Of a stretch of 64,000 bases of DNA, positions 27,772 to 41,128 are shown in pieces. A program made the translations under genes and the position numbers. The DNA is from Octopus sinensis (Eukaryota), in contig NC_042999.1 of assembly GCF_006345805.1 (NCBI RefSeq), positions 37,634,001 to 37,698,000 on the forward strand. The letters are read 5' to 3'. How positions within the stretch are numbered: position 1 is the stretch's first letter; the number at the start of each line of letters is the position of its first letter. Under the pieces are notes generated by a model. It searched no databases. It saw only the letters and a program-made list of their open reading frames with translations, and was not told where the DNA came from.

Positions 27772-28092
27772 GGCGCATGGCTCAGTGGTTAGAGCGTCGA
27801 GCTTACGATCGTGAGGTTGTGAGTTCGATTGCCGGAGCGGGATGCGTGTTGTGTTCTTGAGCAAGGCACTTTATTTCACGTTGCTCCAGTTAACTCAGCT
27901 GTAGAAATGAGTTGCGACATCACTGGTGCCAAGCTGTATCGGCATTTGCTTTTCCCTCAGTGATGTGTAAAGGGGAAGCTAGTATGCATGGGCAACTGCT
28001 AGCCTTCCACAAACAACCTTGCCCGGATTTGTAGTTCGGAGGGTAACTTTCTAGATGCAATCCCATGGTTATTCGTGACCGAAAGCGGTTTC

Positions 28093-28095
<3 letters not shown>
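27772..28095 (+). mobile_element. SINE family C (CORE-like)
   Basis: Head GGCGCATGGCTCAGTGGTTAGAGCG (A box), GAGTTCGATT (B box), CORE-like TTCTTGAGCAAGGCACTT...CTCAGCTGTAGAAATG. Confidence 0.85.
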
Positions 28096-28128
<33 letters not shown>

Positions 28129-28195
28129 ATATGTAAACATATATACATATATACATATACACATATATGTATACATATATACATATATATATACA

Positions 28196-28630
28196 GGCGT
28201 AGAAGTACCTGTGTGGTAAGTAGCTTGCTTACGAACCACATGGTTCCGGGTTCAGTCCCACTGCGTGGCATCTTGGGCAAGTGTCTTCTACTATAGCCTC
28301 GGGCCGACCAAAGCCTTGTGAGTGGATTTGGTAGACGGAAACTGAAAGAAGCCCGTCGTATATATGTATATGTATAAATATATATGTGTGTGTTTGTGTG
28401 TCTGTGTTTGTCCCCATCCTATCCACCAACATCGCTTGACAACCGATGCTGGTGTGTTTACGTCCCCGTAACGTAGCGGTTCGGTAAAAGAGACTGATAG
28501 AATAAGTACTGGGCTTACAAAGAATAAGTCCTGGAGTCGATTTGCTCGACAAAAGGCGGTGCTCCAGCATGGCCACAGTCAAATGACTGAAACAAGTAAA
28601 AGTGTAAAAGAGTAAAAGAGAGTAAAGAGT
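28196..28630 (+). mobile_element. SINE family A, full length
   Basis: Matches the family A consensus. Confidence 0.9.
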
Positions 28631-28967
28631 ATATATATACTACGATAAAAATTCGTAACCATATTTTGATTAAAATATTACCTACTGCAGATCAAAACTT
28701 CTCGCTACTGTTCACCTGCATTTAGAATCTCTGATTGTCATTCCCTCCCACTCTGTGTGTTGTTTCGGTTTCCTTCTACCAACGTGCCCAGGATGTATAA
28801 CACATGGTGTTTTATCATATGCAAATTCTATCAGGAATGAAATGATAGGGCAAAGCTTTTCGAGCACCGGACATTTTGTACCATATCTCTCAGTGGTCTG
28901 CGAAACTTGAGATAACAAGGAATCCGAAACAAACTGCTTTGAATAATACATACATACATACATAATA

Positions 28968-29821
28968 CTACATACATACATACATACATGCATATACATA
29001 CATACAAACATACAAACATACATAATACATACATACATACATACATACATACATACATACATACTGCATATACATACATACAACATACATACATACATCC
29101 ATACATACATACATACTCATCATACATACATTACATACATACATACATACAACACATACATAACACATATACATACATACATATACATACATACATACAT
29201 GCATACATACATCACACATACATACATACATACATATATACATACCTACATATATATACATACAACATGCATACATACTACAACATACATACATACATAC
29301 ATCCTACATACACACATACATACATACATATATACATACATACATGCATACATACATACATATATACATACATACATACATATATACATACATACATACA
29401 TGCATACATACATACATATATACATACATACATATATACATACATGCATACATACATACATATATACATACATACATATATACATACATACATACATACA
29501 TGCATACATACATATATACATACATACATACATACACATACATACATACATATACATACATACATACATACATACATACGTACATACATACATACATACA
29601 TACATATACATACATACATACATACATACATGCATACATACATATATACATACCTACATACATACTACATACATACATATACATACATACCTACATACAT
29701 ACCATACTATACATACATACATACATACACATACATACTAACATACATACATACATACATACATATACATACATACATACATACATACATACATGCATAC
29801 ATACATATATACATACATACA

Positions 29822-29853
<32 letters not shown>

Positions 29854-29863
29854 CATACATACA

Positions 29864-29895
<32 letters not shown>

Positions 29896-29930
29896 CATAC
29901 ATACATACATACATACGTACATACATGTCT
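28968..29930. repeat. Long degenerate (CATA)n microsatellite, about 960 bp
   Basis: Directly visible. Confidence 0.95.
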
Positions 29931-29944
29931 ATATATATATATAA

Positions 29945-30175
29945 AGTTAATCCAAACATGAAAATACAAAGAGAAAACAACAACGCGAGGACGTGTTATA
30001 TAGTGTTATATAGTGTTATATAGTGTTATTGGACGCTCAGGAAGGAAGGGAAGAAGGAGGGTTTAACGTTTCGAGCGGAGCTCTTCGTCAGAAATATAGG
30101 AAAAGGAAAGATCCAGAGAAGGGAAGACGGAGGAAACCAAAATCGCCAACGGTACACACGTGGTCACATTTTGAA
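29945..30175 (-). mobile_element. Penelope-like terminal fragment with canonical-core minimal HHR (30061-30096)
   Basis: TTT-CTGACGA-A-GAGC-TCC-GCTC-GAAAC-GTT|AAA; homologous to 33360-33565. Confidence 0.75.
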
Positions 30176-30183
30176 TGTATCTC

Positions 30184-30253
<70 letters not shown>

Positions 30254-30633
30254 AAATGAGAAAATGGAGAAACATACCTAAATCAATCATCAACCATCAG
30301 ATAATACCCAATCAATACTTTATTAAACCATTACACAACAGCAATGACATTATACATAATATATTACAAGTATAACTAGACATAGAAATAGAAATAGAAA
30401 ATACAATTACATTGTAGCTGACAGCTGTTTCGGCATTGAAGACAGGTATGTCCCATTTAACCTATTAGCCATATATATATCTATGCGAATGATTTTGTTA
30501 TGTTGCTCGGTGCCGAATTTTACAATCCTGTAAATAATAATAATGGGATTTTTTATATAAGCTTGAAGCTTATAGCGATCACTGTGGAAGTGACGAAGGA
30601 AAATAGTCTAATAATGGCGCATATATGCCCTCG

Positions 30634-30708
30634 ACAGAAAAAAAAGTAGGCTTTCCCATCCGCGTGGGACTCGAACCCACACCCCTTTGTCAACGCCACT
30701 GTGTTACC
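30634..30708 (-). pseudogene. tRNA-derived fragment with an intact T arm
   Basis: GTGGG-TTCGAGT-CCCAC (5-bp stem, 7-nt loop; 30664-30680) followed by a T run. No complete D or anticodon arms. Confidence 0.4.
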
Positions 30709-30711
30709 ATA

Positions 30712-30747
<36 letters not shown>

Positions 30748-30829
30748 TGTATGTATGTATGTGTGTGTGTATGTGCTTTTGGCATTGTTTCTCGAAGTAC
30801 GTATAACTACAAAAGGTAGCTTGTAAATA

Positions 30830-31051
30830 ATGATTTCAAGTTTGGCACGAGGCCAGCAATTTCGAGGGATGGGACTCGTCGATTACTTCAACCCCAGTTC
30901 TTAACTGGTACTTATTTCATCGATCTGAAAGGGATAAAAGGCAAAGTCGACCTCGGCGGAATTTGAACTTAGAATTTGAACTTAGAAGTGACAGACGAAA
31001 TACAGTTAAGTATGTATTCCGGCGTATTAACGATGCTGCGAACTTGCCGCC
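30830..31051 (-). mobile_element. SINE family B, diverged
   Basis: Meta-like domain GGCAAAGTCGACCTCGGCGGAATTTGAAC. Confidence 0.75.
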
Positions 31052-31248
31052 TTAACTGCATGTAAATGTTGGGTTGAAAAAACCTTTTTGAGTGAAGAAG
31101 TTGAAAACTGTTCATGGAACTCGAACACACACCATCTGTTCACACGTCAGATGTTCTATCATTGTACCAAAGCAATCCTTTAAATTTGTCTATTTTTTTT
31201 GGATATATATACATATATCCAAAATGTACAGTATTATAAATCCATCAC

Positions 31249-31340
31249 GGCTGATCTTATCAATCTGTTTTGCGTAAGGAATACTATGAAGTGTTAGGTA
31301 ACAATCCGATTATATAACCTTACGCTCATCAGAGTTAGCC
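31249..31340 (-). ncRNA. Decayed HHR with a long stem II
   Basis: CTGATGA is followed directly by the 8-bp stem GCGTAAGG/CCTTACGC, then AAAAC (consistent with CpG decay of CGAAAC); stem III is degenerate. Confidence 0.5.
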
Positions 31341-31512
31341 GATATAGAAGGGAATCTTCTTTTGTTTCTCTTCCCTGTAGCTGAAGGGAATTTCTTTTCA
31401 AGTATATCTAGAATGAAGAGACCGAGGAGGTCACATATGTCAGGAGGTGACATATACTAGTGCATCTTTTTCCCTGACTTATGGACTCTTAGATGACTCA
31501 CGTATATTATAT

Positions 31513-31588
<76 letters not shown>

Positions 31589-31843
31589 CATATATATATA
31601 ATATATTTATTGCGTGCGTTTGTGTGTGTGTGTGTGTGTGTACATTGTTCGAAGTGGTGTACAGATTTTATATTATTAAGAAAAACGGGTAGTCAGAATT
31701 TGGATAATTATATATTTAGCTTTTTCATCTCTTTTTGAGAGATTCATCATGAATGATTCATTAGCAGAAAATTTATGCATTATATATATATATATATATA
31801 TTAATATATATCATATATAATATATATATAGAGATATATATAC

Positions 31844-31883
<40 letters not shown>

Positions 31884-31924
31884 TATATATATATTATATA
31901 TATATATATATTATATATCTATAT

Positions 31925-31978
<54 letters not shown>

Positions 31979-32205
31979 CATATATATATAATATATATAT
32001 ATGGCGTAGGAGTGGTTGTGTGGTAAGTATAAGTTAAAATGAAACTGCGATACACAGAATCTCATATATTGCATAACCTGATTAAAAGAAAATTGACTTC
32101 TTGAATGATCATTAATTTCAACCATCCCAGAAAATGACCCCCTTCTCTCTCTCTCTCTCTTTCTCTCTTTCTCTCACTTTCTTTCACTTTCTTTCTTTCT
32201 TTTTT

Positions 32206-32252
<47 letters not shown>

Positions 32253-32265
32253 ATCTATCTGTCTA

Positions 32266-32355
<90 letters not shown>

Positions 32356-32865
32356 AATCTTTCTTTCTTTCTTTCTATTTACATGTACACATGTGTATAT
32401 ATTTGGAGTACCAAACCCAAGCAGTTTTATTTGTTTATTCGCATAATTAACTCCATACGTGCTCACCCGGATTCCTCTTGAAGCCACACTTTACTCTTAG
32501 GACTTGGTCCTCGGCAAAGATTTCGGAGTGTAAGCTCAAATCATTTGAGCGCTACTTAGTGCTTTCTATATTGAGAATCTTTGGATCTCGTCTGTTGACT
32601 CTTTCTCTCTCTATATATATAGACATGCGATGAGCTTCTTTTAGTTTCCATTTACCAAATCTACTTACAAGGCTTTCATCTGCCCGAGACTACAGTAAGA
32701 GACACTTGCCCAAGGTGTCACGCAGGGAAACTGGATCCGGAACCATGTGACTGAGAAGCAAACTTACCACACAGCCACGCCAGCGCCTGTGTATATGCAT
32801 TTGTACATATATCCATATATACGTACGTGTGTGTATGTGTATGTGTGCGCGTGCGTGTGTATATA

Positions 32866-33290
32866 TCTATTATATAAAATACGTTCTGTCTGTGTATGTG
32901 TGTGTCTTCTAGGATCTTGGGCATCCTCCATCCGATTGCGCTCAAATTTGATATGTAGATACCGACAGTATCAGGGCGTGTACAAGTCTTGAAAAAATTA
33001 CAAAAATCGATTCCAGGTGAGAATGCGATCGATAAAGCCGTGGGAACGTGCATTTGTACGCGCAAGTACATCAGCTGTTGCGATCGATACTACGCGTACG
33101 CGAGAAAAATGCACGTGCAGTTTGCGCAAAAAATATTTAAGAGACCAAAAAAGTGAGATGCAAAAGAGATATTTTCTTCAAACTTGGCATGAAGGAAGGA
33201 AAGACTATTTGGTTTCCCAAGAAGTTTTTTTTTTGCCTTTATTTCGTTTAATAAAACCAAAAAAATTTATTGAAATAAAGGCATGCTTAA
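32866..33290 (+). mobile_element. Possible non-autonomous Helitron/Helentron (DINE/HINE-like) element
   Basis: Begins ATCTATTATATAAAAT, has a short GTCT/GT stretch and CCGATTGCGCTCAAATTTG, as in DINE-1-like elements. The right boundary is uncertain. Confidence 0.4.
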
Positions 33291-33359
33291 TTATTTTTTA
33301 ATGAAAAGAAAACACTGATTGCTTTTCATTCAGCACTGTCCTTTGGACGGGGAGCGTTT

Positions 33360-33570
33360 TGCTCGTATGTACCGTTGGCGATTGTTTTCCTCTGTCTTCC
33401 CTTCTCTGGATCTTTCCTTCTCCTATGTTTCCGACGAAGAGCTCCGCTCGAAACGTTAAACCCTCCTTCTTCCCTTCTTTCCTGAGCATCCAATAATACT
33501 ATATTTGTTCCACGTCCTCGCGTTGTTGTGTTTTTTTTTTGTTTTCTTGTTCGGATTAACTATATATATA
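33360..33570 (+). mobile_element. Penelope-like terminal fragment with minimal HHR (33427-33461)
   Basis: GTTT-CCGACGA-A-GAGC-TCC-GCTC-GAAAC-GTT|AAAC; 3' end runs into (TA)n. Confidence 0.7.
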
Positions 33571-33618
33571 CTTATATGTTCATGTATGTGCATACCTGTA
33601 CACACACACACACACACA

Positions 33619-33667
<49 letters not shown>

Positions 33668-33819
33668 ACACACACACACACACGTAGAACAGTCAAAGCA
33701 AAACCTGGTACATTCATCCTTGCCACTTTTGACCCTAGGACACTAATGGTTCTTCAGCAGCGTCTGATCAGAGTCAGTTACTATCAGTTTTCTATAACCC
33801 TACAGAGATTTCTATTTCT

Positions 33820-34040
33820 TGGCAGAAACGTTAGCACGCCGGGCGAAATGCGTAGCCGTATTTCGTCTGCCGTTACGTTCTGGGTTCAAATTCCGCCGAG
33901 GTCGACTTTGCCTTTCATCCTTTCGGGGTCGATAAATTAAGTACCAGTCACGCACTGGGGTCTATGTAATCGACTTAATCCGTTTGTCTGTCCTCGTTTG
34001 TCCCCTCTGTGTTTAGCCCCTTGTGAGTAGTAAAGAGATA
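33820..34040 (+). mobile_element. SINE family B
   Basis: Matches the family B consensus; 5' end slightly truncated. Confidence 0.9.
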
Positions 34041-35749
34041 TATTTCTTCAGCCATTTGTTTGCTTCTTTCTTTCCTCCTTTCTTCTCTAATTACATTACA
34101 TGGAGGTTGTTCACTTCCATAACATATCAGTATGAAACAAATTAAGTCGCCAGCTTTCAATGTATAACCACCTGCTAGTTTTTAACCTTGGTATTTTAGT
34201 GCCTATAATTACGTTCGCAGTTAACTCCCTCTTTGTCGTTTGCTATATTTTCCTCTCTTCCCTTCTCCTTTCAAATTGCTTTCTATTTGTTTGTAATTTG
34301 TTCGTTTATTATCTGTGGTTAATAAAGACATTTATGTCATTATTAGCAGTAGAATATAAAAGCGGTGGATTGCCAGAATCGTCAGAGCACAGGACAAAAT
34401 GTCTTGTCGTCTGTGCATTCTCCTACACTATATCGGAAGACAAATCTGGACATGTTTCAGTACCATTACGGTCTCATCATCGAAATATAGAATTCGCCGC
34501 ACTTGCAAAAATATTAATAAGAAAATCTCTAATAGTCCAAATTTACATACGATAATGATGAAAACAGAATTGCTTTAAAAATAAATAACCTCGAGATATA
34601 ATCCATTTCGACTATGTTAAAGGATGTGTTTGTGTTAACATATATTTAAGTTTGTGACTAAACTCTATAAAGTCCATATACATTCATACATATACACACT
34701 CAGATACAAACACATACACACTCACTCCCACTTGCACACGAAGCTCTCAAAAGTGTAAAACTCGAATCGCGAGGCAAAGAAATTTAGCTTTGATCTGTAA
34801 ACTCTCCATTAGTTTCGGAACCAGATAAACAGTTTTTATATTAATTTCTTTAGTTCCACGGGCAGCTTTCGACTCTTGCTATTCAAAGAAAGTTTTAACC
34901 CAACTTTCTTTGAATAGTTCTTTAAAACTTTGAAAGTTTTAAAGTTTACACGCTATAACTTTATCTGCTTCAAGATTCACTGTTCCAAAACAGAATTATT
35001 TCACGTTCACAAAATTTCAAAATTTTTATGACGTCCTTCTCGAGACATGCCTGGCTCATAAGGGCCGGTTTCTCGATTTCATTGGCGTACAGGTTATCCA
35101 TCTAGATTGGACGCTGGTCCATCACAAGTGAGCTGCAAGATGCAGGAGGAAAGAGTGAGAGAAAGTTGTGGCGAAAGAGTCAGCAGAAGTTCGCCATTAC
35201 TTTCTGCCGGAGCCGTGTGGAGCTTAGTTTACACACGTAGCATATCTAAGACGACTCTAAGCAATGAAGCATTTGACAGTAGAACGCGATTTTTAAGGAT
35301 AAATGGCAGCTATTTCTAGCTGATCGAGTGTCCACGTAGAAGCTCTTTCATTGGTTCGTTTATTGAGGATGTATTTCGATCATATATACATGGGAGTCTG
35401 TCTTAAGGCCTGGGCACACTGGATAGTTGCTCAAGAGCCGCACGAGACAAGGGGCCCGGTTCTAATCTATGTATATTGTGGCTTGCTGTCAATAAATAAA
35501 CACAGAAGAGACCAGTGCATTGATTTGCCCAGGGGTCTAAAATACTGTTGAAACGCCCTTATATACGTAGATATATAACGCTTTATATACATGCGTATGC
35601 CTGCATGTCTATAAGACTTTTTTTTTACATTGGTATAAAGCTTAGTTTAATTTTTGTTTCGAGAACTTGTTAATGGAAAATCATGATGTTCATACCCTTT
35701 CCTTTTCAAATGACATTCACTAGTATCATAAATGATAGTTTTCCTATTG

Positions 35750-36126
35750 GAGGCGCAATGGCTCAGTGGTTAGGGCAGCGGACTCGCGGTCATAGGATCG
35801 CGGTTTCGATTCCCAGACCGGGCGTTGTGAGTGTTTATTGAGCGAAAACACCTAAAGCTCCACGAGGCTCCGGCAGGGGATGGTGGTGATCCCTGCTGTA
35901 CTCTTTCACTACAACTTTCTCTTACTTCCTGTTTCTGTTATACCTGTATTTCAAAGGGCCGGCCTTGTCACTCTCTGTGTCACGCTGAATATCCCCGAGA
36001 ACTACGTTAAGGGTACACGTGTCTATGGAGTGCTCAGCCACTTACACGTTAATTTCACGAGCAGGCTGTTCCGTTGATTCGGATTAACCGGAACCCTCTT
36101 TGTCATAACCGACGGAGTGCTTCCAT
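35750..36126 (+). mobile_element. tRNA-derived SINE family E with an 11-bp target site duplication
   Basis: A box TGGCTCAGTGG, B-box-like GGTTTCGATTCC; TTTTCCTATTG is duplicated at 35739-35749 and 36127-36137. Confidence 0.9.
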
Positions 36127-36315
36127 TTTTCCTATTGACTGGTTCAGCTGTGGCTAACCCATTTTTGCAAGGACATCGTGTAAATTGTACTATTACTTAA
36201 ACACTTCACTTCCTATAAAATATAGGTCATAAACGATCTTTCTCCGTTGCTATGAGCTCTGGGCTGTCTTTCCTCTTCCAGGTCTTGAATTACCATCAAT
36301 ATTTCTCTAACTTAA

Positions 36316-36528
36316 GGCGGAGAGCTGGCAGAATCGTTAGCACGCAAGGTAAAATTCTTAGCGGCATTTCTCCCGTCTTTACATTCTGAGTTCAAATTCC
36401 ACTGAGGTCAACTTTGCCTTCTTTCATCCTTTCGGGATCCATAAAATGAGTTCCAGTTGAGCACTAGGGTCCATGTAATCGACTTGACCCCTGCAATTGC
36501 TGGTCGTGTGCCAACATTTGTAACCAAT
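36316..36528 (+). mobile_element. SINE family B, diverged
   Basis: Head and Meta-like domain are recognisable. Confidence 0.75.
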
Positions 36529-37273
36529 ATTTCTGAAGCATTTCTTCTTTCCTAAGTAGTAGTGTTGGCCCAACGGCAACCTACTTTTACTTCTGTGAAG
36601 AAGTAGTCCATATTAGTCTGGTGCTTATCCTTTTACCTATCCTGCATGGAAAGCCGTACCAGAAACTTGTGTTCCACTGGCATAATTCAACTCTCAGGAT
36701 CATTGAGTCACACAACCTCACAGCCCGCAATAAGAATTTGATCTTGTGATGGCGTGGAAATAATATTGACCCAAAAATTATTTGTAATTCTTATTCTATG
36801 TGTAAAAACAGATCAAGAAGGCTTGGTTAGACTATTTTATATTGATAAGATCGAACAGACCAAAACATCCTTTTACTGGTTTTAGTCACCAGACTGCGGC
36901 TATGCTGGGGCAACGCTTTTGGAGGTTTTAGTCAGTCATATTCTACCCAGTACTTATTTTTAATACCATACTGTTTCTATAGAATTGCTATTGGCCAAAA
37001 GCTTAGGTTATGGAACATAAACGTTGAACAATAGGTGTTAAGACGCAAATTGACCAGAAGGGGATTAAGTTGCTCCTGCCATTTTCTTTTTTATTCCTCC
37101 ACTTTTTCTCCATGTGTCCGAAGAGCTGGTCGTGTTTTCTCACACACACAAAATGTAACATGAGAAATTAAGTTAACCTGTCACTCAATAGTGATTTCAA
37201 ATTTTAGCACAAGGCCATCAATTCAAGGGGTGGGGTAAGTCGATTCCATCGACTCAGTCCAGCGTTAGGTTGA

Positions 37274-37321
<48 letters not shown>

Positions 37322-37334
37322 ACACACATACTTA

Positions 37335-37498
37335 AATACGACAGGCTTCTTTCAGTTCCGTCTACCAAATCGACTTACAAGGCTTTGGTCGGCTCGAGGC
37401 TATAGTAGAAGATGCTTGCCCAAGGTGCCACGCAGTGGGACTGAACCTGGAACCATGTGGTTGGTAAGCAAGCTACTTACCACACAGGTACTCCTGCG

Positions 37499-37500
<2 letters not shown>
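37335..37500 (-). mobile_element. SINE family A, 5' half
   Basis: Matches the family A head and CORE-like region. Confidence 0.85.
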
Positions 37501-37543
<43 letters not shown>

Positions 37544-38481
37544 GACGGGCATCTTTCAGTTTCCGTCAATCACATCTGTTCACAAGGCTTTGGACCGCCC
37601 ATGGCTATAGGAGACACTCGCCTAATATGTCCTACAGTGGGGACTGAACACAGAAACATGTGGCCAGAAAGCAAACTTCTTACCCCACAACCACCATAGC
37701 TACATCTTTCACCCACCGTAAAAATGCCTGGTGCGGTCCATGGCAATAATATAAAGCAATTGCTCAAGGTGCCACGCAATGCAATCGAACCTAGGACCTC
37801 ATTGATACGAGGCAAACGTCTCAACCATTTAACCATGGTGCGTTCACAAAAGACTCAGAATAAGTATTTTCATTGTACGGTCGCTAATATGAAACTGCTG
37901 TTTATTTTGTTCCGTCCGCTCGAAGGAGTGGTTATGATAGACTCTTTGTTGCAATTAACCTTCATATATAAGAACCCAACCTATTTCTTTTGTTCTTCTT
38001 CAAGTGATATTTCCGTTTCCGGTTGCAGATAGTCGTTATATGGCTATTGTGAGATTGGGAATCATCAGAAAATCCACAAATGCTAGATTTAACAAATTTT
38101 CATGAACTATCATTGATAAGAAACTATCTCTCATTTCGGAATGAGACGACTGGGTGCAGCTGCTTGGGCGCTGATTATTTGGTACGGCTGACTGGACATT
38201 CAGTATGTTTTGGCAACAGCACTTTTTGACACTGGAGGCAAACATGTGCAGACGCATATATACAGACATAGACATATGTACGCGCACGCAGGAATATACA
38301 CTGATAGAAGGAGAAAGGGTAAGAGAGAGAGAGAGAGAGAGAGGAGAGATAGAGAGAGGAAGGAAAGGGAAAGAGAGGAAGAGAGAGAAGGAGAGATTAA
38401 CATCAAAATTTATTGAAAACAATTGACACAAGTACTTTCTCCCTAAACACTTAAAAAGCAATATGCACGCACATAAACAGA

Positions 38482-38531
<50 letters not shown>

Positions 38532-38757
38532 AGAGAGACTGTGCATTGTGTGTACGCGAGAAAGAGAGATCGAGAGAAGGAGAGATAAAGGATAGTGTAT
38601 GTGTGTGTGTGAGAGAGTAAGTGAGTGTGAGAGGAGAGAGAAAAGAGAGAGAGAGAGAGAGAAGGAGAAAGAGAGAAGAATGGAGCGAATGAGAAAAGCA
38701 TTAAAATAGAAGAAACACTAAAACGTCTGATATGAAATAAGTCAGCTTGGAATCAGT

Positions 38758-41128
38758 GATGCTAAGTAAGCGACGCCAAAAAGGCTGTGCCATTGATGCG
38801 AAGTAAGCGACGCCAAAACGGCTGTGCCATTGATGCGAATTAAGCGACGCCAAAACGACTGTGCCATTGATGCGAAGTAAGCGACGCCAAAACGGCTGTG
38901 CCATTGATGCTAAGTAAGCGACGCCAAAACGGCTGTGCCATTGATGATGCGAAGTAAGCGACGCCAAACGGCTGTGCCATTGATGCTAAGTAAGCGACGC
39001 CAAAACGGCTGTGCCATTGATGCTAAGTAAGCGACGCCAAAACGGCTGTGCCATTGATTGCTAAGAGTGACGCCAAAACGGCTGTGCCATTGATGCGAAT
39101 TAAGCGACGCCAAAACGGCTGTGCCATTGATGCTAAGTAAGCGACGCCAAAACGGCTGTGCCATTGATGCGAAGTAAGCGACGCCAAAACGCTGTGCCAT
39201 TGATTGATGCTAAGTAAGCGACGCCAAAACGGCTGTGCATTGATGCTAAGTAAGCGACGCCAAAACGGCTGTGCCATTGATGCTAAGTAAGCGACGCCAA
39301 AACGGCTGTGCCATTGATGCGAAGTAAGCGACGCCAAAACGGCTGTTCCATTGATGCTAAGTAAGCGACGCCAAAACGGCTGTGCCATTGATGCTAAGTA
39401 AGCGACGCCAAAACGGCTGTGCCATTGATGCTAAGTAAGTGACGCCAAAACGGCTGTGCCATTGATGCGAATTAAGCGACGCCAAAACGGTTGTGCCATT
39501 GATGCTAAGTAAGCGACGCCAAAACGGCTGTGCCATTGATGCTAAGTAAGCGACGCCAAAACGGCTGTGCCATTGATGCTAAGTAAGCGACGCCAAAACG
39601 GCTGTGCCATTGATGCTAAGTAAGCGACGCCAAAACGGCTGTGCCATTGATGCTAAGTAAGCGACGCCAAAACGGCTGTGCCATTGATGCGAAGTAAGCG
39701 ACGCCAAAACGGCTGTGCCATTGATGCTAAGTAAGCGACGCCAAAACGGCTGTGCCATTGATGCTAAGTAAGCGACGCCAAAACGGCTGTGCCATTGATG
39801 CTAAGTAAGCGACGCCAAAACGGCTGTGCCATTGATGCTAAGTAAGTGACGCCAAAACGGCTGTGCCATTGATGCGAATTAAGCGACGCCAAAACGGCTG
39901 TGCCATTGATGCTAAGTAAGCGACGCCAAAACGGCTGTGCCATTGATGCTAAGTAAGCGACGCCAAAACGGCTGTGCCATTGATGCTAAGTAAGCGACGC
40001 CAAAACGGCTGTGCCATTGATGCTAAGTAAGCGACGCCAAAACGGCTGTGCCATTGATGCTAAGTAAGCGACGCCAAAACGGCTGTGCCATTGATGCTAA
40101 GTAAGCGACGCCAACACGGCTGTGCCATTGATACTAAGTCAGCGACGCCAAAACGGCTGTGCCATTGATGCTAAGTCAGCGACGCCAAAACGGCTGTGCC
40201 ATTGATGCTAAGTAAGCGACGCCAAAACGGCTGTGCCATTGATGCTAAGTAAGCGACGCCAAAACGGCTGTGCCATTGATGCTAAGTAAGCGACGCCAAA
40301 ACGGCTGTGCCATTGATGCGAATTAAGCGACGCCAAAACGGCTGTGCCATTGATGCGAAGTAAGCGACGCCAAAACGGCTGTGCCATTGATGCTAAGTAA
40401 GCGACGCCAACACGGCTGTGCCATTGATGCTAAGTCAGCGACGCCAAAACGGCTGTGCCATTGATGCTAAATCAGCGACGCCAAAACGGCTGTGCCATTG
40501 ATGCTAAGTAAGCGACGCCAAAACGGCTGTGCCATTGATGCGAAGTAAGCGACGCCAAAACGGCTGTGCCATTGATGTGAAGTAAGCGACGCCAAAACGG
40601 CTGTGCCATTGATGCTAAGTAAGCGACGCCAAAACGGCTGTGCCATTGATGCTAAGTAAGCGACGCCAAAACGGCTGTGCCATTGATGCTAAGTAAGCGA
40701 CGCCAAAACGGCTGTGCCATTGATGCGAAGTAAGCGACGCCAAAACGGCTGTGCCATTGATGTGAAGTAAGCGACGCCAAAACGGCTGTGCCATTGATGC
40801 GAAGTAAGCGACGCCAAAACGGCTGTGCCATTGATGCTAAGTAAGCGACGCCAAAACGGCTGTGCCATTGATGCTAAGTAAGCGACGCCAAAACGGCTGT
40901 GCCATTGATGCTAAGTCAGTGACGCCAAAACGGCTGTGCCATTGATGCTAAGTCAGCGACGCCAAAACGGCTGTGCCATTGATGCTAAGTCAGCGACGCC
41001 AAAACGGCTGTGCCATTGATGCTAAGTAAGCGACGCCAAAACGGCTGTGCCATTGATGCTAAGTAAGCGACGCCAAAACGGCTGTGCCATTGATGCTAAG
41101 TAAGCGACGCCAAAACGGCTGTGCCATT
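38758..41128. repeat. 37-bp satellite/minisatellite array, about 64 units
   Basis: Unit GATGCTAAGTAAGCGACGCCAAAACGGCTGTGCCATT, head to tail with no spacers. Confidence 0.97.

Noticed and set aside
37995-38075. Minus-strand CTGATGA-TTCC...GGAA as a hammerhead
   Set aside because: Stem II overlaps or is displaced from GAAA, and there is no credible stem I or III.
38758-41128. 37-bp array as a CRISPR array or satellite-encoded ribozyme
   Set aside because: Units are contiguous with no unique spacers and there are no cas genes. The unit lacks a CUGANGA/GAAA core.
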